Shown piece by piece: positions 1-7,489 of a DNA stretch of 58,680 nucleotides; the first letter of the stretch is position 1, and each line of letters opens with the position of its first letter. The translations under genes and the position numbers were made by a program. Location of the stretch: NCBI GenBank assembly GCA_934096535.1, contig CAKOMC010000002.1:1-58680 (forward strand), written 5' to 3'. The notes beneath the pieces were generated by a model that was given only the letters and a program-made list of their open reading frames with translations, had not been told where the DNA came from and did not search any database. This DNA is from an uncultured Bacilli bacterium. GTDB lineage: Bacteria; Bacillota_I; Bacilli_A; RF39; UBA660.

Positions 1-408
1 AAAAGACTAGGTAGCCTAGGAGAAACAAAGGTAAGTAAAAAAGATAATAAATTTATTAAAACAGTAGAAATAGATGAGGATTACAATAAGCGTAATATTA
101 CTTTAACTAATGAAGAAGATAGATTAGTAATTAGTGGTAAGTTTAAAAAAGGAGAAAATGTTAGTTTTATCTTAAGAAAAGGTTTTACTAATAATTATTA
201 TGATCAAATAATAAGCAAGAAACCTTATACGGCCTTATGTGTAGATATCTTTACAGAAGAAGAAACTAATGAAGGTATTAATATTACGAGATATATTAAT
301 AAAGAGGGTTTAAGTGGTAAATATAGTATTTATATTAAGATAAATGATAAAATATATAAGACTAACAATTATATAGAAATTAGTGATTTAAAAGAGGCTT
401 TAGTGTAA
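1..408 (+). CDS. 3' end of an ORF entering from the left edge (136 codons, product unknown)
   Basis: Frame 1 is open from base 1 to TAA at 406-408 (...KINDKIYKTNNYIEISDLKEALV*) and is followed directly by a hairpin plus T-run. It is absent from the ORF track because it has no start codon in the window. No motif recognised. Confidence 0.45.
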   Translation, partial: KRLGSLGETKVSKKDNKFIKTVEIDEDYNKRNITLTNEEDRLVISGKFKKGENVSFILRKGFTNNYYDQIISKKPYTALCVDIFTEEETNEGINITRYINKEGLSGKYSIYIKINDKIYKTNNYIEISDLKEALV

Positions 409-436
409 TTTTGTTATTACTAAACCTCTTTTTTAT
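392..436 (+). terminator. Rho-independent terminator of the left-edge ORF
   Basis: aagagg(c)tttagt at 392-404 pairs with actaaa-cctctt at 419-430 (12 bp, one bulge, 14-nt loop). A T-run at 429-435 follows. Confidence 0.6.
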
Positions 437-505
437 TTCACTGACAATACAGTTTCTGGATTTATAGATAACTATATTTGGTACTTGATTAAATTACAAA
501 ATTTA

Positions 506-581
506 CAAAAGTGTGATAAAAAGGCTAAAAAAATCTGCAAAAGTGTGATAAAAATGGCTAAAATGCCTGCAAAAGTGTGAT
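506..581. repeat. Three tandem direct repeats with a 32-nt period (core CAAAAGTGTGAT)
   Basis: CAAAAGTGTGAT starts at 506, 538 and 570. Units 1 and 2 are 32 nt and share CAAAAGTGTGATAAAAA(T)GGCTAAAA. Unit 3 is truncated after the core. Confidence 0.85.
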
Positions 582-742
582 TTTAATAGAAATATGTCTT
601 TTTTAAGTCAAATATTTGTTACAAATAAATAATTATATGGTAAAGTATAAGTAATGAGTTTTAATTGATAAAATCGTGGTTATGTATAAATTTTAAATTT
701 GTGTTTGATGTGAATAATTAGTTGAAGTAGGAGAAAAATAAG

Positions 743-1642
743 ATGGATAATACTGTGTTTTATGGATTTAGAGGTAACATGCTTTTTCCAAAACAAATTT
801 CAATGTATAATATTGAATTGGAAAATACCTCCGAATGTAAGAATAAAGTTTTTAATGATTTTTTTACAAAATTAGAAAAAGAAAAAAAGTTGACATCAAA
901 ATATCAAAATCGTGTTTATTATATGATATTTAAGAATAAATATGAAAATATTTTGCATTGTCAGTTAGCTAGAAGACGAAAGTTTTATAAAAGAGAATTA
1001 AAAGATAACGATATAATTGAATTGATTGATGATGATTATCCATATGTTAATATTTTTATAAAATTGGATTCACAAATGTTTTTTATAGAATCTAAGACAG
1101 CAGTCTATCAAAATTATAATACATGCAGTAATGTAATCTCAAACATCATAAACAATAACTTAAATATAGATGGAATAACGATTATTTTGGAAAATATAAG
1201 CAACGAACAAGACTTTTGGAAATATTTTGATGGTGAAACGAAGGTTTATAAATTGGAGTTTAATTTAGTTTATCCAAATATTTTTAAAGCAGCCGATGCT
1301 GCCAGTAATGTTGTAAGGGAAGCACAAGAGGCAACTGGAGCAGATAGCCTTGAAATTGTGTTTCATAACTCAAAAGGTGATTTAAATCCTAATAAGGAAA
1401 AGGAAGGAATTAATTCATTTGTTAAGTATGCTAGTGCTGGTGGCGGTAAGTGGAGTATGCTCATTAAGGGTAAAAATAATAAAAAAGTAAAGATTACCAG
1501 TAGCCAAAATAGTGTTAAGGGCAGTTTAAATATTTCTAATAAACACTTAAACGAAAATGCATTAACATCAGAACAAGTAATTTCATTAAAATACTTGTTT
1601 GATGAAATAGAAACAATCGAAAGATTTAAAAAACATGATTAA
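743..1642 (+). CDS. Hypothetical soluble protein, 299 aa (first gene of the RT-associated module)
   Basis: Long ORF preceded by GGAG at 730-733. Its stop overlaps the start of the next ORF by 8 nt. No catalytic motif recognised. There is a G/S/K-rich stretch (YASAGGGKWSMLIKGKNNKK). Confidence 0.7.
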   Translation: MDNTVFYGFRGNMLFPKQISMYNIELENTSECKNKVFNDFFTKLEKEKKLTSKYQNRVYYMIFKNKYENILHCQLARRRKFYKRELKDNDIIELIDDDYPYVNIFIKLDSQMFFIESKTAVYQNYNTCSNVISNIINNNLNIDGITIILENISNEQDFWKYFDGETKVYKLEFNLVYPNIFKAADAASNVVREAQEATGADSLEIVFHNSKGDLNPNKEKEGINSFVKYASAGGGKWSMLIKGKNNKKVKITSSQNSVKGSLNISNKHLNENALTSEQVISLKYLFDEIETIERFKKHD

Positions 1643-2150
1643 AAATTTTATAATTAAATATAAATCGATTATTATAGAAGTGCTTTGTGCGTTACTTGCA
1701 CTATTGGCAGTCATTAATAAAAATGAAGAAATATTTCTTCTTGATTCAAAAAATTTAATAAATATATTGTTAACTTTACTCGGCTTGTGTTTTACTAGCT
1801 TTGGCTTTATAGAATCATCAATTAATAGTATATTAAACAAAGGCATAGATGGTAGAAAGAGAATATTATTAAACAAAAAAATCAAAAAATTAGTAGAAGA
1901 AATTCGCTCTAATATTGTTTTTATTTTTAAAACAATTATTATATTAATTGTAATAAATACAGTTAAAAATCTAGATTTTCCTTTTTTATGTGATATTTGT
2001 GACTTAAATCTTAAAATATATACCGTACATTCGCTTAAACATTTTATTATGAATTTTATTTCGACTTTTTTCTTTAATTTATCTGTTGGATGTTTATATG
2101 ATTTGCTTGATGCAATGTTTATAATTTTAAAAGAACATTATAATTTTTAA
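1635..2150 (+). CDS. Small multi-pass membrane protein, 171 aa
   Basis: ATG at 1635 overlaps the upstream ORF's end, suggesting translational coupling. Hydrophobic segments include IIIEVLCALLALLAVI, LINILLTLLGLCFTSFGFI, IVFIFKTIIILIVINTV and FISTFFFNLSVGCLY. Confidence 0.65.
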   Translation: MIKNFIIKYKSIIIEVLCALLALLAVINKNEEIFLLDSKNLINILLTLLGLCFTSFGFIESSINSILNKGIDGRKRILLNKKIKKLVEEIRSNIVFIFKTIIILIVINTVKNLDFPFLCDICDLNLKIYTVHSLKHFIMNFISTFFFNLSVGCLYDLLDAMFIILKEHYNF

Positions 2151-2185
2151 AATTTAAGGGATACTTTAAATAATGGCAAATTACC

Positions 2186-2215
2186 TTGCGTCAATTAGAA
2201 ACATAGTGTTATAAT
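2186..2215 (+). promoter_or_regulatory. Sigma-A type promoter with an extended -10, upstream of the RT leader
   Basis: TTGCGT at 2186-2191, an 18-nt spacer containing TG at 2207-2208, then TATAAT at 2210-2215. Confidence 0.6.
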
Positions 2216-2221
2216 GTAGTT

Positions 2222-2508
2222 GCTATTGTTGTAGGACAATAGGTTAATTTTAGTAATTGTCAATATTAAATTGATAATTTCTATTATATTAATGATATAT
2301 TTGAAGATATTCGTTGATATTTCACCTCCTTCAATGTGAATTGAAATCGTGAAGATTAATCTCACTATCTTTGATATTATTATATCATTATCTTTAAAAA
2401 TATTTGTAGCAATAAAAAGTGGGCGGTAGACCAGTAATGAAGATTAAATGGTTGAGGTTCGTTGTCAAAATACACCTGTATGGGGCGCTACACCTAGGTG
2501 TGTTTTTT
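2222..2508 (+). ncRNA. Candidate structured non-coding RNA / leader co-transcribed with the reverse transcriptase
   Basis: About 290 nt lie between the promoter and the RT ribosome-binding site with no credible ORF. Hairpins: 2223-2229/2236-2242, with a mutually exclusive alternative at 2235-2240/2256-2261. Long-range pairing 2291-2298/2382-2389 and 2304-2309/2366-2371 encloses the hairpin ttcaat-gtga-attgaa at 2330-2345. The 3' element is a duplicated TACACCT (2471-2477 and 2489-2495) plus AGGTGT (2496-2501) plus T6 (2503-2508). Confidence 0.45.
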
Positions 2509-2522
2509 CATGTGGAGGATAA

Positions 2523-3863
2523 ATGAGCGAAAGAAAAATTTTTAAAAACAAATATTATAAACACATTGATAAAGTTCCTAATATTTCTGATGTTATACCA
2601 AAGATAACTAACAGAGAATATATAGAAAGACATAGCTTTTATCCGTTTATAGGTACACAAATTAAATATAAAAAATATATAAAAGAAGTTTCTGAAATAA
2701 CAAAGAAACATTGGCACCCTAAAATAAGAGAAATTAAATATGCAGCTCATTTAGATAGCTTGATTTATCAGTGGTATTCACATCTTTTAAATGAAAATTA
2801 TAATAAGTACAGTACTGATAATGGCTTTAGCCGTTGTTCTGTTGCTTATAGAACTTGCTTTTCTGGAAAGAGCAGTATAAATTTTGCCAAAGAATTTATT
2901 GATGCTATTAAAAAATGTGATGAATGCTATATAATAGTAAGTGATTTTCATCAGTTTTTTGATAAAATTGACCATAAAATTTTAAAAAGTAATATTAGTA
3001 AGGTAATGGGCTTTTCTAAAATGCCAGATGATTGGTATAAAGTGTATAAAAGCATGACTAGGTATTGCTATATTTCTAAGGAGAGCATAGAAGAAAAGTT
3101 AATAAAAGAAAAATTTGAAACAAAGAAAAGTTTAAAATCGCTAATGTGTTATTTTCAAAATATATCATGGAAAGATGCTAAAAGTTATTTTATTGAAGAA
3201 ATCAAAAGGAATATAAATAAAAATGATTATGGAATTCCGCAAGGTTCTCCTTTAAGTGGAATATTTTCAAATGTATTTATGATTGATTTTGACAAAAAAA
3301 TGAATGACTATGTAAAAATTCGTAATGGCTTTTATATGAGGTATTGTGATGATATTGCTATTGTTATTCCAACTTATGCAGTTTCTAATATTGAACAAAT
3401 ATGGGATGAAGTCATCAAATATAAATCTGAACTTGATGGACTTGAGATTAACGAACAGAAAACATGTTGTTATATTTTTAAAAATAATAAAATAGAATCA
3501 TTACATAACGAACTTGAATTATTTAAAAAATCACCTGATTGGGTATCATATTTAGGATTTACATTTGACGGCAAATATGTAAAGTTTAGAGATAAAACTA
3601 TAACTAAATATTATTATAAATTTTATCACAAAATTGATAGAATGAAAAAACATGAAATAATTAGATTAAATAGAGGAAAACATAGAAAATCTTTGATTGA
3701 TAAGCATATGATACTAAAAGAGTTAAAAATAACTGGAAAATCTAGGAGATTTTCCGATTATTTAAGTAGAGCTAAAAATATATTTTATGGAGAATTTTAT
3801 ATCCAAAATTTTAATAAAAATACAAAAAATAAGTTACTTAATAGATTTAATAAAAACAAATAA
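2523..3863 (+). CDS. Stand-alone reverse transcriptase (RNA-directed DNA polymerase), 446 aa, non-intron type
   Basis: GGAGG at 2514-2518 precedes the ATG. RT motifs in order: KIREIKYAAHLDSLIY, VAYRTCFSGKSSINFA, IIVSDFHQFFDKIDH, GIPQGSPLSGIFSN, FYMRYCDDIAIV (YxDD), GLEINEQKT, YLGFTF. There is no maturase X, endonuclease, nitrilase or primase extension. Confidence 0.9.
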   Translation: MSERKIFKNKYYKHIDKVPNISDVIPKITNREYIERHSFYPFIGTQIKYKKYIKEVSEITKKHWHPKIREIKYAAHLDSLIYQWYSHLLNENYNKYSTDNGFSRCSVAYRTCFSGKSSINFAKEFIDAIKKCDECYIIVSDFHQFFDKIDHKILKSNISKVMGFSKMPDDWYKVYKSMTRYCYISKESIEEKLIKEKFETKKSLKSLMCYFQNISWKDAKSYFIEEIKRNINKNDYGIPQGSPLSGIFSNVFMIDFDKKMNDYVKIRNGFYMRYCDDIAIVIPTYAVSNIEQIWDEVIKYKSELDGLEINEQKTCCYIFKNNKIESLHNELELFKKSPDWVSYLGFTFDGKYVKFRDKTITKYYYKFYHKIDRMKKHEIIRLNRGKHRKSLIDKHMILKELKITGKSRRFSDYLSRAKNIFYGEFYIQNFNKNTKNKLLNRFNKNK

Positions 3864-4082
3864 AAGATATGATGATTTTTATAAACATTTACTTATAAAC
3901 TTTTAAAGGTAAAGAATCATAGCACATTGTATTGAAATATTTAGGTTTTAATCTTTTTTCTTAGCGGTAAGAGTGTGTAATGATTGATTTGATAATTTAA
4001 TGATTGCTATTATGAATATATAGTATATTTTTATTGAAAAACAAAATTAATTAAAGTTAATTCTCATTTTAAAATATAAAAA

Positions 4083-4123
4083 AATAACGCTTAAGTCTGA
4101 TACGACTTTGCGTTATTTTTTAT
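4083..4123. terminator. Bidirectional terminator between the RT module and the sugar transferase gene
   Basis: aataacgc (4083-4090) pairs with gcgttatt (4110-4117), with an inner aagtc/gactt pair. An A-run lies upstream and a T-run downstream. It overlaps the stop of the minus-strand gene. Confidence 0.65.
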
Positions 4124-4785
4124 TTAGCTCCAGTTTTAAATACTACAGCCTTAATAGTTCTAAATACACACTTAATATCTAGAAGAATACTACAATGTTT
4201 TACATAGTAATATTCAAGTTCTAATCTTTTTTCATAAGTAGTAGCAGATCTACCATTAGCGGCCCACCAGCCAGTAATACCTGGTTTAACAGCCTCATAA
4301 ATCTCATGGTTACCATTATGAGCATCAAGTTCACCTTCAACTAAAGGACGAGGTCCAATTAAACTTAAATCGCCTTTTAAAACATTAATAAACTGTGGTA
4401 CTTCATCTAGTGAAGTTTTTCTAAGAATTTTCCCCATTTTTGTAATTCTAGGATCATTTTCAAACTTTTGATTTTCATCCCATTCTTTTTTATACTTAGG
4501 ATCTTTTAATAATTCTTTTAATACTTCATCAGCATTAACTACCATACTTCTAAATTTATAAATATATATAAATTTACCATTTTTACCAATTCTTTTTTGT
4601 TTATAGAAGATAGTTTTTGTATCACCACTTAATAAGTAAGATATCTTTACTATAAGGGCTATAGGTAATAAGAATACGCATCCTATTAAAGAACAAATTA
4701 TATCAAATAATCTTTTAATTATAAAATATAATGTCTTTCTAATAGAAAAAGAATTAGTACTTTCTAATGTTGCTTCACCATTCAT
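4120..4785 (-). CDS. Bacterial sugar transferase (undecaprenyl-phosphate sugar-1-phosphate priming transferase, small WbaP/EpsL type)
   Basis: One N-terminal TM segment followed by KQKRIGKNGKFIYIYKFRSM...DPRITKMGKILRKTSLDEVPQFINVLKGDLSLIGPRP. I moved the start to ATG 4785, which has GGGGAG 7 nt upstream. The track ORF begins at TTG 4800. Confidence 0.9.
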   Translation of the reverse strand: MNGEATLESTNSFSIRKTLYFIIKRLFDIICSLIGCVFLLPIALIVKISYLLSGDTKTIFYKQKRIGKNGKFIYIYKFRSMVVNADEVLKELLKDPKYKKEWDENQKFENDPRITKMGKILRKTSLDEVPQFINVLKGDLSLIGPRPLVEGELDAHNGNHEIYEAVKPGITGWWAANGRSATTYEKRLELEYYYVKHCSILLDIKCVFRTIKAVVFKTGAK

Positions 4786-4938
4786 AATAACACTCCCCAA
4801 ACTACAATTAATTAACTTAAAGCAAAGTTATTGTATCATATAAATTAATATTGTGGTATAGGTTTTTTATGGAAAGTAGAATTTTTTTGACTTAATGATA
4901 TAGAAATAATATAATACCTCTTAAGAAAGGCTTTTATA

Positions 4939-5517
4939 ATGGGTAAAGTAGTAATAGAAAAAGTGGAATTATTTAAAGAAGTAGTAGGTGAATTAAATAA
5001 GAAGTTTATTGCTTTTGATACGGAAACAACTGGGTTTAGTCCTTATAAAGATAGAATAATAGAACTAGGTGCAGTTTTATTTATAAATAATAGAGAAACT
5101 GAGTATTTTAATTCTTTAGTTAAAACTGATGTTAAAAATTCTTATCAGGCTTATAAAGTTAATAAGATAAGTGAAGAAATGTTAGAAAATGCTCCTTTAG
5201 AAATAGATATTTATCCTAAGTTAGTAGAATTTTTAGAAGAAGTCTTAAAAGGAAATATTATCTTAGTAGCGCATAATGCTATTTTTGATATGCGTTTTTT
5301 AAAAAATACCTTAGAAAGATTGGGTTATAGTGGTCATATAAGATATTTAGATACATTAAAGATATCTCATATGTTTCCTACTATAGATCATCATCAAAGT
5401 ACTATAGCAGAGTATTTAGGGATTAGAAATGAAGAAGTGCATAGAGCATATACTGATGCCTTAACTTGTGGTAAGATATTAAATAAAGTTTTAAAAATTA
5501 GTGGTGATTATTTATGA
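4939..5517 (+). CDS. DEDDh 3'-5' exonuclease (DnaQ/epsilon-like)
   Basis: Exo I FIAFDTETTG, Exo II LVAHNAIFDMRFL, Exo III HRAYTDA. Confidence 0.85.
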   Translation: MGKVVIEKVELFKEVVGELNKKFIAFDTETTGFSPYKDRIIELGAVLFINNRETEYFNSLVKTDVKNSYQAYKVNKISEEMLENAPLEIDIYPKLVEFLEEVLKGNIILVAHNAIFDMRFLKNTLERLGYSGHIRYLDTLKISHMFPTIDHHQSTIAEYLGIRNEEVHRAYTDALTCGKILNKVLKISGDYL

Positions 5518-6128
5518 AAAAATGTGTAAATATATTACTAACTTATCCAGATGGTAATATTTATGTTGTTAGAAAAGTAAAATATGATGAGATTAAAAAG
5601 CATAATATAAAAAATATCATAGAATTAGAAAATTATTGTAATAAAAAAAATCTACTTGAGGATAATGGTGCAAATAATTTTTCGTATGATAGAGAAGTTG
5701 AAAAAGATATTATTGCTTATTTAGGATGTCAAAACGGTAAAATAAATTGGAATCCTAATTATAATGAGTTTGAAATTGAAAAAATATTTAATTTTCAAAA
5801 TAAAACTGAATTTGTTGTTAGGGCATATCCTGGTATTGGTTCTTTCAAACATGAACTTATTATCGGAATAATAGTAAACGCAGTATATGATGTATTAAAG
5901 TTCATTTTTTGTAATATGTTTAGATTAAGTACAGCACTTTCTTATAAAATAATGGCAAAGAAGGTTTATAAAGACGCTGATTTTATTAATAGTGTTATCT
6001 CAAAAAATAATAAATGGTCAGTTGGTTTCATAAATGAAGATAAGTTTTTTATGCTCAAATTTTGTGAAAAACATATTATGAAGAATAATGGTTATAAAAA
6101 AATAGATAATTTTTGGATAAAAGCGTAG
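5514..6128 (+). CDS. Hypothetical protein, 204 aa, translationally coupled to the exonuclease
   Basis: ATGA start/stop overlap at 5514-5517. One hydrophobic segment (ELIIGIIVNAVYDVLKFIF). No motif recognised. Confidence 0.55.
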   Translation: MKKCVNILLTYPDGNIYVVRKVKYDEIKKHNIKNIIELENYCNKKNLLEDNGANNFSYDREVEKDIIAYLGCQNGKINWNPNYNEFEIEKIFNFQNKTEFVVRAYPGIGSFKHELIIGIIVNAVYDVLKFIFCNMFRLSTALSYKIMAKKVYKDADFINSVISKNNKWSVGFINEDKFFMLKFCEKHIMKNNGYKKIDNFWIKA

Positions 6129-6270
6129 TCATGATAAAATTTAAAAATATTAAAGGTGGTAATAACCTTAAATAGTTAAACATTTTTTATAGAAACAATT
6201 TACTATATGTGGTAATATAGTAATAGTTATAAGAAATGTTTCTTTTTTTAACTAATTATTTATTTTTTCT

Positions 6271-6299
6271 TTGACTTTGAATAAATAGTTAGTATAATA
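6271..6299 (+). promoter_or_regulatory. Consensus sigma-A promoter of the EPS operon
   Basis: TTGACT at 6271-6276, a 17-nt spacer, then TATAAT at 6294-6299. It lies about 55 nt upstream of the first glycosyltransferase gene. Confidence 0.7.
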
Positions 6300-6352
6300 T
6301 TAAAAGATTTATTTATTAATTTATATGTTGTGAAGTAAAGGAAGTAGATGTA

Positions 6353-7489
6353 ATGGAAACCAATGAGCCTATAAAAATTTTTCAGCTGGTGGGAAGCTAT
6401 AAGGGTGGCGGTGTTGAGGCTGTTGTAATGAATTTTTATCGAAATATTGATAGAAATAAGATACAATTTACATTTGTATGTGATGAAGACTCAACTGATA
6501 TTCCCTATGAAGAAATAGAAAAACTTGGCGGCAAAATTATTATTGTGCCACCATATAGCAAGCCTTTTAAATACCATAGTGCTTTAAAAAAAGCTCTTAA
6601 AGAAGATGATTACAAAATAATCCATTCTCATATAAGTACGATGTCTGTATTTAGTTTATTTGCGGCTAAATGTGCTGGAGTTCCCGTAAGAATTGCACAT
6701 AGTCATAGTACAACTAATAAAAAAGAAAAAAAGAAAAACTTAATGAAACAAATATTAAGACCTTTTAGTAAAGTATTTGCAACTGATTATATGTGTTGTT
6801 CAGAACTTGCGGGAAGATGGTTATTTGGTAATAAAGAATATGATAAAGGTAATGTTTATTTACTAAATAATGCTATTGATTTAGATAAGTTTAAATATAA
6901 TGAATCTTTAAGAAAAAAGAAAAGAAAAGAACTTGGTATTAAAGATGATACCTTAGTAATTGGACATATTGGGAGATTTGTTGCTCAAAAGAATCATGAT
7001 TTTTTAATAGATATATTTAATGAAATTTATAAGAAGAACAATAATTCTATTTTATTACTTGCGGGACAAGGTCCTTTAATGGAAGATATTAAAAATAAAG
7101 TTAAAGAATTAAATTTAGATGATAATGTTAAATTCTTAGGGCAAAGAAGTGATGCTAATGAATTATATCAAGCCTTTGATGTATTCTTACTTCCTTCTTT
7201 ATATGAAGGGTTACCAGTAGTAGGAGTAGAGGCTCAAGCATCAGGATTATTGTGTTATTTATCTGATGATATGACTAAAGAAACTAAGGTATTAGATATA
7301 ACTAAATTTATGTCATTAAATAATACACCAAAAGAGTGGGCAGATAATATCTTAGATGATGTAAAAAAATATAAAAGAATAGATACTTCTAAAGAAATGA
7401 CGGCTAAAAACTTTAATATTAAAGAAGAAGCAAAGAAATTAGAAGAATATTACTTAAATCTATATAATAATGGTGGTGAAAAGAAATGA
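6353..7489 (+). CDS. Glycosyltransferase, GT4 (GT-B fold)
   Basis: EX7E motif YEGLPVVGVEAQASG and the typical GRFVAQKNHDFLI segment. Confidence 0.9.
   Translation: METNEPIKIFQLVGSYKGGGVEAVVMNFYRNIDRNKIQFTFVCDEDSTDIPYEEIEKLGGKIIIVPPYSKPFKYHSALKKALKEDDYKIIHSHISTMSVFSLFAAKCAGVPVRIAHSHSTTNKKEKKKNLMKQILRPFSKVFATDYMCCSELAGRWLFGNKEYDKGNVYLLNNAIDLDKFKYNESLRKKKRKELGIKDDTLVIGHIGRFVAQKNHDFLIDIFNEIYKKNNNSILLLAGQGPLMEDIKNKVKELNLDDNVKFLGQRSDANELYQAFDVFLLPSLYEGLPVVGVEAQASGLLCYLSDDMTKETKVLDITKFMSLNNTPKEWADNILDDVKKYKRIDTSKEMTAKNFNIKEEAKKLEEYYLNLYNNGGEKK

Noticed and set aside
506-581. A CRISPR-like array.
   Set aside because: There are only three units, and they are contiguous tandem repeats of one 32-nt unit with no unique spacers. 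No cas genes are present in the window.
2222-2508. A DRT2-style template that would yield an endless (stop-free) ORF after rolling-circle reverse transcription.
   Set aside because: Reading the central ~120 nt in all three sense frames gives stops within about 50 nt. The longest sense-strand run I traced was 29 codons. The antisense strand is also rich in TTA, CTA and TCA complements. I did not test every circular permutation, so this is a weak rejection.
2151-3863. A classical retron (msr/msd with a1/a2 inverted repeats and an RT with the VTG motif).
   Set aside because: I could not find terminal inverted repeats linking the 5' (about 2222-2240) and 3' (about 2400-2500) ends of the leader. 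The RT also has YLGFTF where retron RTs carry a VTG-containing segment. A divergent retron is not excluded.
2523-3863. A group II intron-encoded RT or other mobile retroelement.
   Set aside because: There is no maturase X or HNH/En domain. I saw no domain V-like hairpin or intron boundary motifs in the flanks. The ORF is preceded by a normal promoter and ribosome-binding site.
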